Source: Patescibacteria group bacterium
Lineage (GTDB): Bacteria; Patescibacteriota; Patescibacteriia; 2-01-FULL-39-33
Assembly (NCBI GenBank): GCA_041650895.1
Contig: JBAZKF010000001.1
Coordinates: forward strand, 573,181-637,180
Reading direction: 5' to 3'
DNA length: 64,000 nucleotides
Below, piece by piece: positions 40,601 through 49,232 of this stretch. The notes beneath the pieces were generated by a model, which was not told where the DNA came from, made no database searches, and saw only the letters and a program-made list of their open reading frames with translations. A program made the position numbers and the translations under genes. The number at the start of each line of letters is the position of its first letter. The first letter of the stretch is position 1.

Positions 40601-41834
40601 CGCTATTCTCTTGCAAATCTTGAATCAAATAGCGGACTAATAATTGCTCCAAATCAATTCCAGAGCCAGACTCTTGTTGACGATTAAATTCTACGAATTT
40701 CTTAAGGTCGCTTAAATCAGTCAATAAACCGAAGGGGGAAGAACCCTCTTCAACACAACGACTAAATAGAGTCGCAATCTCCTTTTTTGACAAGCCCAGA
40801 TTATTAATCTGAGCAAATATCGGGATACCATTGTCTTCAACCAATTTGAATAAATAATCCAACTTATCCTGACCTAACTCGTTTTGACGGCACTCCCGAA
40901 ACGTACTCAATAACGTCTGAGCTCCTCTCAAAAGAGTACGGTTATTTATTCTAGCCAGTTTCATGCCTAATTTTAGCGGAGTAACATCTGTCGGATGATA
41001 ATAATTCAAATTTGCTCTCTCATCTTCATTGGGATAATACGCCCCTAATTCTTTCATCAGTGTCCTTTTTTCCTCAATGTCTTTAGTTGTCAGAAAAATG
41101 CCAACCGGCAAGAACCTTTCCGGGGCTACAGCGATTCTTTTTATTTGTTGCTGGCTTAAAATATTCAGGGCCCTTATCCGATCCAAATAGGGGATCAACA
41201 AAATCGGATTTATATTGGACAAATTATCCTCGACCGCAGCGCTATTTTCATCCGGATGGCTTTCCATATATCGCAACAATCCTTCTATTAATTCAGAATT
41301 CTTATCATAAGTGGAAAATTTGTCACGTTGTAAACTATCGGTGGCAGCAACTTCACCAAACTGAGTATATTTACCGTTTTGAGACCAACGGTTTAGTTTC
41401 ACGAAAGGAACGATCATCAATAAAAGATCGGGATGTTCTCTGATAATAGACAGGACCATCTCACTTCTTTTACCATAGTCAATAGCCGACCAACAAGCCT
41501 GGAAAGTTTGAGTGAACTTTAATCCGTCAAGCACACGATAAATAAAAATACCAATCTCAGCTCTTGAGCCAAAATCGATTCTATTAGCAAACTCCAGACT
41601 TTCCTTATCATCAAACTCTTTCACTGACATTAATTGCTCTAAAAACTCTACCCTATCATTATTACTTAAAGACTCAAAATCACTCCTATACCAACGCGCC
41701 ACTTGCGCCAGTTGGTCAGGAGATAAAGAACGCAAATCCACATGGCCGGATTCCTTGACTGTCTCAATCAGTCCGGCAATGTCTGCTTCGGGAGTGGTTT
41801 CAGTAATTTGTTCGTATCGCTGTTTTTCTCTCAT
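37611..41834 (-). CDS. Giant hypothetical protein (1407 aa), no recognisable domains by eye
   Basis: Single uninterrupted ORF; terminators on both sides. Confidence 0.6.
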   Translation of the reverse strand: MREKQRYEQITETTPEADIAGLIETVKESGHVDLRSLSPDQLAQVARWYRSDFESLSNNDRVEFLEQLMSVKEFDDKESLEFANRIDFGSRAEIGIFIYRVLDGLKFTQTFQACWSAIDYGKRSEMVLSIIREHPDLLLMIVPFVKLNRWSQNGKYTQFGEVAATDSLQRDKFSTYDKNSELIEGLLRYMESHPDENSAAVEDNLSNINPILLIPYLDRIRALNILSQQQIKRIAVAPERFLPVGIFLTTKDIEEKRTLMKELGAYYPNEDERANLNYYHPTDVTPLKLGMKLARINNRTLLRGAQTLLSTFRECRQNELGQDKLDYLFKLVEDNGIPIFAQINNLGLSKKEIATLFSRCVEEGSSPFGLLTDLSDLKKFVEFNRQQESGSGIDLEQLLVRYLIQDLQENSGYGFVGRITNLNSEGFFLAFNADDRQKIQEAVTKLAPDIWLNNISYVLKHQVMAFDELVRTCSTDSQSFIKNYNKLLYHLHQLRREGKPLETSVESLADKAKLLFSANPSLFLGKESVKIVENIYSRAEQQQFIAEQLTGNVNSNFFSALLSSKYIGQHADTCKKLLVENGHLFAAVTEYSYQWKEAKELIETKDLIDLVIRHAEYIDFSSLFDDFYLVAELGKKPARAAALVDRLTKLSNFSALAQLNREINLYGKEDQRLQKELQSFQQLEHSPKRQEKKRQLNQELTELIDNGYEANNRNLELLAKRIIEILDRACELNRFLVFDENILRTKGLDTAKYITRDLSGYIAIYPEILFKMDNRPDKGESPTLCENILGGKEYYLLMRENARLLAFRKSKYGGFVFDNDDVQPEILEQIKEMNPLIDSFGQSQKEIDHYSAILSQVKQTPFVGLYQKELEKIINNKKEEGESVIIAGSFNPDEGFERMVRTIFLLNSHSAIREHAVWLMSLPENQRTELVGLLEFSLLNNLGFLGQILRSEDFAEIKKDLQEGVEGFLLYVFGLEELSGLSFEGLSVDLSRALMTYYYGSCKKNYRQELVFKEFITHVLRGTYDFWRNWGSSTEPKDKLLQLNKLQEEKLIPKSLSLEQYQEWLNGEKNDFEETLSYRISDMKAGIRDIIGDAVADGHITEESIDLSNIEEKYDVLIEPLNIFTTRQKELRELSKTVGLTEEQQAEYKELARQIADYRREHNDEMTYILALKYLNSLKNLTAHELESQVLTLGNKNQLPLKKALSLIERHFGEEFPDFIGDINRIRQLLAGGFEQMYGGKKVSKEKLYLTDKIDLEVYAFIGERPVASCQSYDSRSGMNAGLMSYLSDPNIKIIQMYNESGDIVARSVMRLVEDDNNKPQLFIERVYSVNPHPKINEAIVNFAKLKAKRMGVDLYVDVVPVDFNQELVTADLHNNNSRSTYVYSDAGGGKLPNGRFTIRSARLIGD

Positions 41835-41949
41835 AATGACCTAATTTTACCATAAAACATAACCGATTAAAAATTAAATGCAAAAGAGGACGGCCGGCAA
41901 CAACTGTCCTCTTTTAAAAATTGAATATATTATCTTAATTGTTAATTAC

Positions 41950-43665
41950 TTACTTTTTCACTTCATTGGCAAAATAGATGGGATTGAGTTTCTCGCCGGT
42001 TGACCTCTTAATAAAATCATTCCAAATATAACGCGATCCCGGAGCAAAAACTTTCTTAACCAAATATTCTCCGACCTCTTTCATTCCGGTGTAACTTGGG
42101 AATTTCTCAATGGTTTTGATTACTTTTGTGTTAATATAATGCCTCAGCTGAGCCGCATAAAGATAACCGAGCATATAATTATGGTAATAAATCGGAGTCT
42201 GAATGATATGAATTTTCGAGGCCCAATCAGCGGAATTTCTGCCTGCCGGCTTTTTAATCAACTGGTACTTTTCCACTAAATCCCACCATAACTGATTCAA
42301 ATCCTGATCAGGATTTTCATACATTGATTTTTCAAAGCGATACATAACCTGCGTCCAACGACTAAAAATCAAAGCATTCAATCGATTGTATTCCAACGCA
42401 TTCGAACTTACGGCGGCCACATTAATATCACTCATATTTAAATCTTGGCGCATCCACTCTGGCGAATATACCATGTCCTGGAATAGAACCGCGACTGCTT
42501 CCGTGGTAAAGGTATGCGCTGGAAGACGCAACTCCCAAGGAAGCTCCGGATCAATCTTTTGAAAATACAATGCATGCCCAAATTCATGGAGCATAGTATT
42601 CATCCAATAATTGTCATTTTGGATATTAGTAATCACTCGGATATCCTGCCCTCGATCCATATCAAAAGCGACTGCGTGCTGATATTTTCCCGGTTTGGTG
42701 TAAAGATCGCTATTTTTGACCAGGTCGTCTATCGGAAGCCCCAATTTCTCATAGTAATCTTTGGTAAGGACTAAGACGTCTTTATTAACATACAGACTAT
42801 CCAAATTAACATCAAAAATTCCCGGTACTTCCTGAAAATACCTGTTTTGATAATGCCAAGGTTGAAGCTCGGAGACCTTTATGCCGTACTGTTTGGCCAG
42901 GGCAGAGTCAATTTCACCCTTGGCGTCACGATAAATGTCTTTAGTGGCCACATCCAAATCATCAAAAATCTTTTCGATTTCCGCAGGATCATACTCGTCT
43001 AAGGTCAAAGCCATTTGCTGATAATTACTGAATCCCAAATCGCGTGCATATTCATTTCGGAGTTTTACTAATTGTAAAACGTCACTACTCATCAAATTAC
43101 CAATTTTCTTGCTTCCTTCCCAGACTGCCTTAAGTTCGACTGAGTTTTTTGAGGTTCTTAGAATATTCTCCACTTCATTATCGGTAATGCTTTTACCCTT
43201 GTAAGTGACTCTGTAAGTATTAAATTTCTCTTCAGATTGATTTTGTAATGCTGTGATTTCATCCACTTTTGCTTTATCCGACATGCTGGTCATAAACTTG
43301 ATATATTGCAATTCCAACTGACGCTTATAAAGCGGATTTTGAATATAGCCGGAGTCCTTGAAAGCTTTAATTTTTTCAAAAGTTGCTTTATCCAAATAAA
43401 TATTATTAAGTTTAATGTTCAGCTCAGTTGATTTTTCATAAGCTTCGTTACGACCAGAAATATAGGCGTCAAAATACGCCTGGCTGACTTCTTTTGAGAG
43501 CGACACCACCTGGCTTTCATAACTCGTCAAGAACTTCTTATATTCGGCCTCAGTTTGCATAATTTTTACCTGCCTATATCCCAAGACCATAATAGTAACT
43601 GCTACCGCGACCAGCAGCAAGTATGTGACCGCCGTATTTGAAAATTTCTTTTTGTTTTTTTTCAT
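41950..43665 (-). CDS. Membrane-anchored zinc metallopeptidase, M3 (oligoendopeptidase F)-like
   Basis: N-terminal TM; HEFGHALY HExxH motif. Confidence 0.6.
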   Translation of the reverse strand: MKKNKKKFSNTAVTYLLLVAVAVTIMVLGYRQVKIMQTEAEYKKFLTSYESQVVSLSKEVSQAYFDAYISGRNEAYEKSTELNIKLNNIYLDKATFEKIKAFKDSGYIQNPLYKRQLELQYIKFMTSMSDKAKVDEITALQNQSEEKFNTYRVTYKGKSITDNEVENILRTSKNSVELKAVWEGSKKIGNLMSSDVLQLVKLRNEYARDLGFSNYQQMALTLDEYDPAEIEKIFDDLDVATKDIYRDAKGEIDSALAKQYGIKVSELQPWHYQNRYFQEVPGIFDVNLDSLYVNKDVLVLTKDYYEKLGLPIDDLVKNSDLYTKPGKYQHAVAFDMDRGQDIRVITNIQNDNYWMNTMLHEFGHALYFQKIDPELPWELRLPAHTFTTEAVAVLFQDMVYSPEWMRQDLNMSDINVAAVSSNALEYNRLNALIFSRWTQVMYRFEKSMYENPDQDLNQLWWDLVEKYQLIKKPAGRNSADWASKIHIIQTPIYYHNYMLGYLYAAQLRHYINTKVIKTIEKFPSYTGMKEVGEYLVKKVFAPGSRYIWNDFIKRSTGEKLNPIYFANEVKK

Positions 43666-43703
43666 ACGATTTTTATTTTATTACAGTTTTACTCATTTAA
43701 GTA

Positions 43704-43736
43704 TAACAAAAAATCGCCATTTGGGCGACTCTTTGA
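43704..43736. repeat. T0 hairpin repeat copy 1 (aaaaatcgccattt-gggcgact)
   Basis: Near-identical copies at 45402-45436 and 58995-59024. Confidence 0.6.
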
Positions 43737-43768
43737 AAAAATAACTACTGCTATATAACAAATTTGAA

Positions 43769-44506
43769 TTATAGCTTAACAGCCTCAATCGCTAAGCTTT
43801 CCAAAGGCAATCCCTGGTACTGTTGCTTGCTAATATTTTTATTTTCGCCCAAAATATTAACTTCGAGCCCTGACTCTTTTATAATTGCGATATAATCATC
43901 TTTCAATAAAGCTCCACCGACGCAACCAGCAATTAGTGTTTCGTCGTTTTTTTGTTCTTCCGTTAAATTATCTAATAGCACTATGTCAGAAATATACATT
44001 CTACCGCCAGTTTTCAAAACTCTGTAAGCTTCCTTAAACACTTTTAGCTTATTGGGAGCTAAATTTATAACACAATTACTGATAATAATATCGATAGAAT
44101 TATCATCGATCGGTAAAGCTTCAATATCTCCCAACCTAAACTCCACATTTACGTAATTATATTTATCGGCACTTTCCTTGGCCTTAGTGATCATTTCTTC
44201 AGTCATATCAACGCCAATAACCTTGCCGCTATCGCCCACCCGTTTAGTCGCAAGAAAAGCATCAAAACCAGCGCCACTGCCCAAATCCAAAACAATATCA
44301 CCCTCTTTAATTTTCCCCAAAGCAATGGGGTTGCCACATCCTAACCCTAAATTAGCTTCTGGAACGGCGTCCATATCTTCATCGGAATAACCGATACTTT
44401 TTGATATGGCCTGAGCCGACTTACAACCGCAACCACACCCTGATTGGGCTGTGGCTATATTAGCGTAACTTTTCTTAACAATATCCTTAACCTTATTCTG
44501 TTCCAT
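43769..44506 (-). CDS. arsM: Arsenite S-adenosylmethionine methyltransferase (ArsM)
   Basis: [30 protein letters not shown] conserved ArsM motifs. Confidence 0.75.
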   Translation of the reverse strand: MEQNKVKDIVKKSYANIATAQSGCGCGCKSAQAISKSIGYSDEDMDAVPEANLGLGCGNPIALGKIKEGDIVLDLGSGAGFDAFLATKRVGDSGKVIGVDMTEEMITKAKESADKYNYVNVEFRLGDIEALPIDDNSIDIIISNCVINLAPNKLKVFKEAYRVLKTGGRMYISDIVLLDNLTEEQKNDETLIAGCVGGALLKDDYIAIIKESGLEVNILGENKNISKQQYQGLPLESLAIEAVKL

Positions 44507-44571
44507 ATAATTATTGTTAGTTAATCAGTCATAAAATTCTATCACTATTATAAGTTAATAACAATCATTGA

Positions 44572-44672
44572 TTCCATTGCCCCGTCCTCCATATAAAAAA
44601 ACACCCCGTCCGCGTCATCCTCCGCCAATTAACGGAGGCGGATGGCCGGAATGAGGCGCTTTTCGTAAGTGA
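44572..44672. repeat. Degenerate R4-type repeat module (with insertion) at proximal end of cassette array
   Basis: ttccattgccccgtcctccatataaaaaaacacccc ... gcgcttttcgtaagtgag resembles R4 consensus. Confidence 0.45.
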
Positions 44673-44767
44673 GACCAACACCATACCCAATGCAGTTGCC
44701 CTGATACCTCAACCGCTTGGCGACGAAATCAACTCTATTTAGGGGTTAGTTTTTTTGTCTTACTAGT

Positions 44768-44989
44768 TTATGATGATGTTATTTTTATTTGTTTGATTCC
44801 TGCGCGCAAAAGAATAGATAAAACAATAATTAGGGCAATAGTGATTATGATTAAGGGAGTGATCATTAGAAATGATCCACCGGAACTGATACCAAGAATA
44901 GAAAATATAACAGCATACCCAATTACTATGATCATGAGAATGCTGGCCGAAGAAATCATTAAAATTCCTGACATTTTTGATTTTTGCAT
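44768..44989 (-). CDS. Small membrane protein (73 aa)
   Basis: ORF track. Confidence 0.35.
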   Translation of the reverse strand: MQKSKMSGILMISSASILMIIVIGYAVIFSILGISSGGSFLMITPLIIITIALIIVLSILLRAGIKQIKITSS

Positions 44990-45006
44990 AAATACAATTT
45001 ATTTGA

Positions 45007-45378
45007 TTACTTTAGGCAAGACTGGGCTTGATATAAATCTATTGCGGTAATAATACTACCCTGCTTAATTTCATTAGTTCTTGTTGCTCCTAGTTTTGCA
45101 GTGAGACAAGCCTCCATTGTTGAACTGATCGACGTCGGTATTTTTGAAGTATCAATGCCAAGTTTCTTTAATCCTGCAATCTGCTCTTGAGTAAGCAATG
45201 GATTACTGCTGGGAGTTTTGTTCACGGCGTTATCCGCCGTGATTTGAGAAGGAAATATCAATGGTTTGATATTAAGTGGGTCTGCAATCCAGAAATATAT
45301 TCCGGCCAACAATAAAATAAAGAAGATAACCCCCAAAACGGTAAAGAAAACATTAATGATTTTAAGCAGTATTTTCAT
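45007..45378 (-). CDS. Membrane-anchored/secreted hypothetical protein (123 aa)
   Basis: N-terminal TM. Confidence 0.4.
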   Translation of the reverse strand: MKILLKIINVFFTVLGVIFFILLLAGIYFWIADPLNIKPLIFPSQITADNAVNKTPSSNPLLTQEQIAGLKKLGIDTSKIPTSISSTMEACLTAKLGATRTNEIKQGSIITAIDLYQAQSCLK

Positions 45379-45401
45379 AGTATGATATTATATTCTTTAT
45401 T

Positions 45402-45436
45402 ATAACAAAAAATCTCCATTTAAGCGACTTTTTTAT
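45402..45436. repeat. T0 hairpin repeat copy 2
   Basis: aaaaatctccatttaagcgactttttt. Confidence 0.55.
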
Positions 45437-45450
45437 AATCAGTTCCATTC

Positions 45451-45492
45451 TACGAGGATTACGAGTCGATTTTGGAAAAATTGATTGGGTGG
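45451..45492. repeat. R1 repeat (degenerate copy)
   Basis: tacgaggattacgagtcgattttggaaaaattgattgggtgg. Confidence 0.6.
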
Positions 45493-45536
45493 GGTTGAGT
45501 GGTTTAATAGATGTTTCTATGTGCAATTTTAGATAC

Positions 45537-45567
45537 TTGACAAAATAATACCTACATGATATACAAT
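45537..45567 (+). promoter_or_regulatory. Cassette promoter (TTGACA-17-TATACA, extended -10 TG)
   Basis: Part of conserved promoter family preceding cassette genes. Confidence 0.5.
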
Positions 45568-45618
45568 CATAAATTGTAAAGGTTAAATTGTTCTTTAAAA
45601 AACGGAGGAAAAATTCAG

Positions 45619-46584
45619 ATGAGTCTACGCTTAAGTAAAATTTTACCAATTGGCTGTGGCCAAACATATTTGGTTAAAACTCATGATGGTCATTATCTTG
45701 AGATGGGTGATGTGTTTATGGCTCGCGAGCTAAGTTTGGGAAGCAGGCCATATGCCTACGCTGATTTTGTTGACCCATCGGACACCAACAAGCGAGTGAT
45801 GACTATCTGTACAATGGCGGGCTGTTCGATGCATTGTCGATTTTGCTCCATGCACGATAGTTTCAAGAGAAATTTATCGGCAGAGGAAATAGTTGAACAG
45901 GTTGGGTTCATGGCTGAACAGGGTATTGCGCTAGGTCGAAATCCCGACCTAAACGCAGCTAAAGAGTTTCGAGTACTGTATACCCGTATGGGTGAACCAA
46001 TGGTTAACATTAATGCCGTTATCGACTCAATCCAAAGACTCATTGAACTGTATCCGCATGTGATTATCGGCATGAGTACGTCTGGGGTTATATCTGGATT
46101 AGAAAAACTTTTAGAATGCCCCGATATCCTACCTCACATCGATATGCAAATCAGCCTACACTCAACTGATGCGGATGAACGGCGCGAATTATTCGGTCGC
46201 AATGCCATGCCACTTGAACTAATTGCTGAATATGCAAAACGGTGGCACCACATTACAGGAAAACAATTATCATTAAATGTGATCCTGTTTGAGGGATACA
46301 GTTATGACTTCAAATCAATGGTGGAAAATTTTGAGTTTGATCCCAAAAGTATTTGGTTTAGACTTTCCCCCTGGAATGTTGTTGCCGGAGCAGACTTTGA
46401 CAGCCTACTCAAGGTCCAGGATATCATTGCGAAGCAGCCACTTTCCGGTGATGTCATAGCTATGATTATCCACGATATTAAAGATCTCGGCATTGCCTTT
46501 GCTTATGCACCGGCAATCGACAAGGAGATAGAGAATCAAGTGGCTTGCGGCCAAGCACTTGAGGCCTTCAAGAATATGATTTAG
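45619..46584 (+). CDS. Radical SAM RNA methyltransferase of the RlmN/Cfr family, N-terminally short (321 aa)
   Basis: GCSMHCRFCS..FKRNLSAEEIVEQV, MGEPMVNINAV, STSGV, ISLHSTDADERRELFGRN and C-terminal ACGQ match RlmN/Cfr landmarks. Confidence 0.7.
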   Translation: MSLRLSKILPIGCGQTYLVKTHDGHYLEMGDVFMARELSLGSRPYAYADFVDPSDTNKRVMTICTMAGCSMHCRFCSMHDSFKRNLSAEEIVEQVGFMAEQGIALGRNPDLNAAKEFRVLYTRMGEPMVNINAVIDSIQRLIELYPHVIIGMSTSGVISGLEKLLECPDILPHIDMQISLHSTDADERRELFGRNAMPLELIAEYAKRWHHITGKQLSLNVILFEGYSYDFKSMVENFEFDPKSIWFRLSPWNVVAGADFDSLLKVQDIIAKQPLSGDVIAMIIHDIKDLGIAFAYAPAIDKEIENQVACGQALEAFKNMI

Positions 46585-46649
46585 CTCATTAACTACGCAC
46601 TTACCCCGCGCAATTTCTTTCGGAGCTTCCGAAGAATCGCGTGGGGTTT

Positions 46650-46790
46650 TTCTTTTTCTCAAAATCACCTTCATCCTACCTGCCTGCCAGTAGGCAGACC
46701 CACCCTAGTAGCAAACCAACATAAAAAGACCTACAATTATAGGCCCTTTTATATCGTTCCATAAAGCGGGAGAAAGTGGACGAAGTTATA
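46650..46790. repeat. R2/R3-type repeat module (divergent copy) incl. terminator
   Basis: ...aaaaagacctacaattataggccctttt atatcgttccataaagcgggagaaagtggacgaagttataac. Confidence 0.55.
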
Positions 46791-46853
46791 ACTTTTTTTA
46801 TTAAAAATGAGGCGTTTGTGGTATAATGTATGTGTTATAAATAATAAATAAAT

Positions 46854-47519
46854 ATGAATAAAAAAATAATAGCGATTGTAATTATTTTGGTTATGGTTGT
46901 TGGTGTATTGTTTTTGACTTTTCAAGATAATATAAAAGATATATTATTTAAATCAAATATATCATTGGATAATGTAAGTATTGAAATAATTCAACCTCAT
47001 GCTAACCACAAATTGTCTCCAACACAGTTGGCTAAAGCAAAAGAACTTTTTGGCAAGAATAATATTAGTGAAGATTTTAATGAAGATTTATGGATTTATA
47101 ATTTAATAGAAGGAAATAATGGTGATTATATAATTAAAGCTCTCCAGTTATATAATGGACTCACCATTTTTTCTAGTGATTTGTATTATCATTTTAGAGA
47201 AAACGGCAATATTAGGTATTTGGTTGGAGATGTAGCTCATGTCGATATAAACTCTCTTGAACCAAAAATTTCACCAGAAGAAGCTATTTTAAAAATTAAA
47301 CGTAAACATAAATTAAAGTTGAATGATTTTAATATTGAATTAGGTCTTAGGGATAGGTATATTTCTATGGGTGAAAACAAACAAGAATACCTTTTAGTTT
47401 GGAAAATTACTAGGAATAATAAGGATAATAGTATTGGATTATCTGGCATGTTTAGTGAAGCAATAGTTGATGCAGTCACTGGAGACATTCTATATTATTT
47501 TGATGGCGTGTTTAATTAA
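46854..47519 (+). CDS. Secreted/membrane-anchored hypothetical protein (221 aa), very AT-rich
   Basis: N-terminal TM/signal. Confidence 0.45.
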   Translation: MNKKIIAIVIILVMVVGVLFLTFQDNIKDILFKSNISLDNVSIEIIQPHANHKLSPTQLAKAKELFGKNNISEDFNEDLWIYNLIEGNNGDYIIKALQLYNGLTIFSSDLYYHFRENGNIRYLVGDVAHVDINSLEPKISPEEAILKIKRKHKLKLNDFNIELGLRDRYISMGENKQEYLLVWKITRNNKDNSIGLSGMFSEAIVDAVTGDILYYFDGVFN

Positions 47520-47599
47520 AAAGTTTAGATCCCGCCCAGCCTCATAAAAAAGTATCAAAAAAACACCTAATATAATAGGTGTTTTTTTATCCAGATTTT

Positions 47600-47640
47600 G
47601 CGGGGCTTACGGGGTGATTTTGGAAAAATTGATTGGGTGG
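47600..47640. repeat. R1 repeat
   Basis: gcggggcttacggggtgattttggaaaaattgattgggtgg. Confidence 0.8.
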
Positions 47641-47706
47641 AGGTGGCGGGTAGTTTACCTAATTATCTAAAATTAGACAAACATTTTGGTTGAGGATAAA
47701 TTGATA

Positions 47707-47735
47707 TTGACATAATTATGACCATATGATATAAT
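47707..47735 (+). promoter_or_regulatory. Cassette promoter TTGACA-17-TATAAT
   Basis: Consensus sigma70 elements with TG extended -10. Confidence 0.6.
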
Positions 47736-47809
47736 TATATATTATCAAATGGTATAATTCAGCCATGGGATTAATCGTGGAAACGGCACTTAACATAAAG
47801 GAGACAAAA

Positions 47810-48184
47810 ATGAGGATTGGAATGTTTAATAAAAATAGCAATGGCTGTACACCATTGCTTCACCATCTTGCTTCTACTCTTGACATCAAAATTCAGTATG
47901 TAGATAAACTCTCTTATCTGACCGGCGAGGACTGTGAATTCAAACTTGATGTTTTGTTGGTGCACCCCAATCTGAGCCCGATTATGTGGGCTGCTCTGCG
48001 AGAATGTGTGCAAAAAAATCCGCACATCAAATTCGTAATTTTACTGGACTCCGAAAGCGTTAGTTGCTTTAATGCTAGCGGACTATCCGGCACCGCCAAT
48101 ATTGAAACGATCCATTGGACCAATGAGAGAGAGTTTCAAAAAATTATCCAACTCATGGAGAATGCGAGGCACTCTGCGGATTGA
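47810..48184 (+). CDS. Hypothetical protein (124 aa; RBS-supported start, track ORF 47765)
   Basis: aaggaga RBS then ATG MRIGMFNK. Confidence 0.45.
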   Translation: MRIGMFNKNSNGCTPLLHHLASTLDIKIQYVDKLSYLTGEDCEFKLDVLLVHPNLSPIMWAALRECVQKNPHIKFVILLDSESVSCFNASGLSGTANIETIHWTNEREFQKIIQLMENARHSAD

Positions 48185-48212
48185 GATTATTCTATTACAT
48201 TTTAGTTCATTA

Positions 48213-48247
48213 CGCCGGGAACAAGGAAGTTCTCGGCATTTTCATTT
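48213..48247 (+). terminator. Cassette terminator (gccgggaac-aagg-aagttctcggc + T-run)
   Basis: Hairpin family shared by several cassettes. Confidence 0.6.
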
Positions 48248-48362
48248 TCCTAAAATCCACTCCATCCCATCCGCCCTAGCCACAAATCAACAAAAAAAGA
48301 CCTACAAAAATAAGCCTTTTTAATCGTCTTATTATGCGAAGAGTAATAGACGATGTTAGAAC
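48241..48362. repeat. R2+R3 repeat module
   Basis: ttttcctaaaatccactcc..ccgccctagccacaaatcaacaaaaaaagacctacaaaaataagcc..cgtcttattatgcgaagagtaatagacgatgttagaacc. Confidence 0.8.
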
Positions 48363-48420
48363 CTATATTAGGCTTCACGATGGTGGTTTTGATATGCCAA
48401 TAATAAGATTGATATTAAGC

Positions 48421-48449
48421 TTGACAACATAATATTTATATGATATGTA
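48421..48449 (+). promoter_or_regulatory. Cassette promoter TTGACA-17-TATGTA
   Basis: Conserved tatgatat extended -10 region. Confidence 0.5.
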
Positions 48450-48502
48450 TAGTGTATTGAACATTAACAGAAAACAATAGGCAACTCAAAGGAGATACTA
48501 TT

Positions 48503-48901
48503 ATGGCAACACAAGAGTATATGTTAGTAACTTATTGGTGTTGGGATCATTTTCATAATGAATATTCAACAATTGCTATTGAAATGGATAGTGAAACAGA
48601 TGAGAGTATTGAATCTGTTTTTGACTCTAATGCACCACATTACCTAAAAAACTATCTTATTGGGATATTAAAGAGTATATTTGATACCCGAGAACGCAGC
48701 TCAAATATTTCAATGGGAAAAGGTAAAATGATTCGTCTTTTCAAAATTGTTGGTTCTAATGGATGTCCATTTGGTATTTCTCCGATTCCAAATCATGATT
48801 GCAAGGAATGGAAAATAGGCTTTACTTTGAAGCCAATATGCGACTTTGATAGGGATGGAAATCCAATTCCCCTAGGCTCTTTATATGAATTAAAGCGATA
48901 A
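48503..48901 (+). CDS. Hypothetical protein (132 aa), AT-rich
   Basis: RBS aaggaga. Confidence 0.45.
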   Translation: MATQEYMLVTYWCWDHFHNEYSTIAIEMDSETDESIESVFDSNAPHYLKNYLIGILKSIFDTRERSSNISMGKGKMIRLFKIVGSNGCPFGISPIPNHDCKEWKIGFTLKPICDFDRDGNPIPLGSLYELKR

Positions 48902-48970
48902 GTAAATAAAAAACTTCCACCTCGGACCGTCATCCTTGGGATGGGAGTTTTCTTTTTTTATTCTAATTTT

Positions 48971-49011
48971 GCGGGGCTTACGGGGTGATTTTGGAAAAAT
49001 CGATTGGGTGG
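48971..49011. repeat. R1 repeat
   Basis: gcggggcttacggggtgattttggaaaaatcgattgggtgg. Confidence 0.8.
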
Positions 49012-49232
49012 ATATTTCAGTAAAATTTAGTCAAAATTGTCTAAATTTAGGTAATTTAACATAATTATTTAATTTTAAATAAGACATAGATGAATAAAAT
49101 ACTTTACAAAAATGTATTTTTTGCTATAATACATTGTTAATTCCTAATGGAATTTTCAGTCGATCCGGACTGGTATAATACTAAAGGATAAAAATTGATC
49201 ATTAAAAAACAACAAAAAGGAGAGACAGCACC

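Noticed and set aside
48241-48362. Classical integron attC sites
   Set aside because: No convincing R''/L''...L'/R' organisation with GTTRRRY/RYYYAAC cores. The gttagaac end of R3 resembles a core site, but its last base is not a pyrimidine, and there is no intI in the window. The array is therefore described as integron-like only by analogy.
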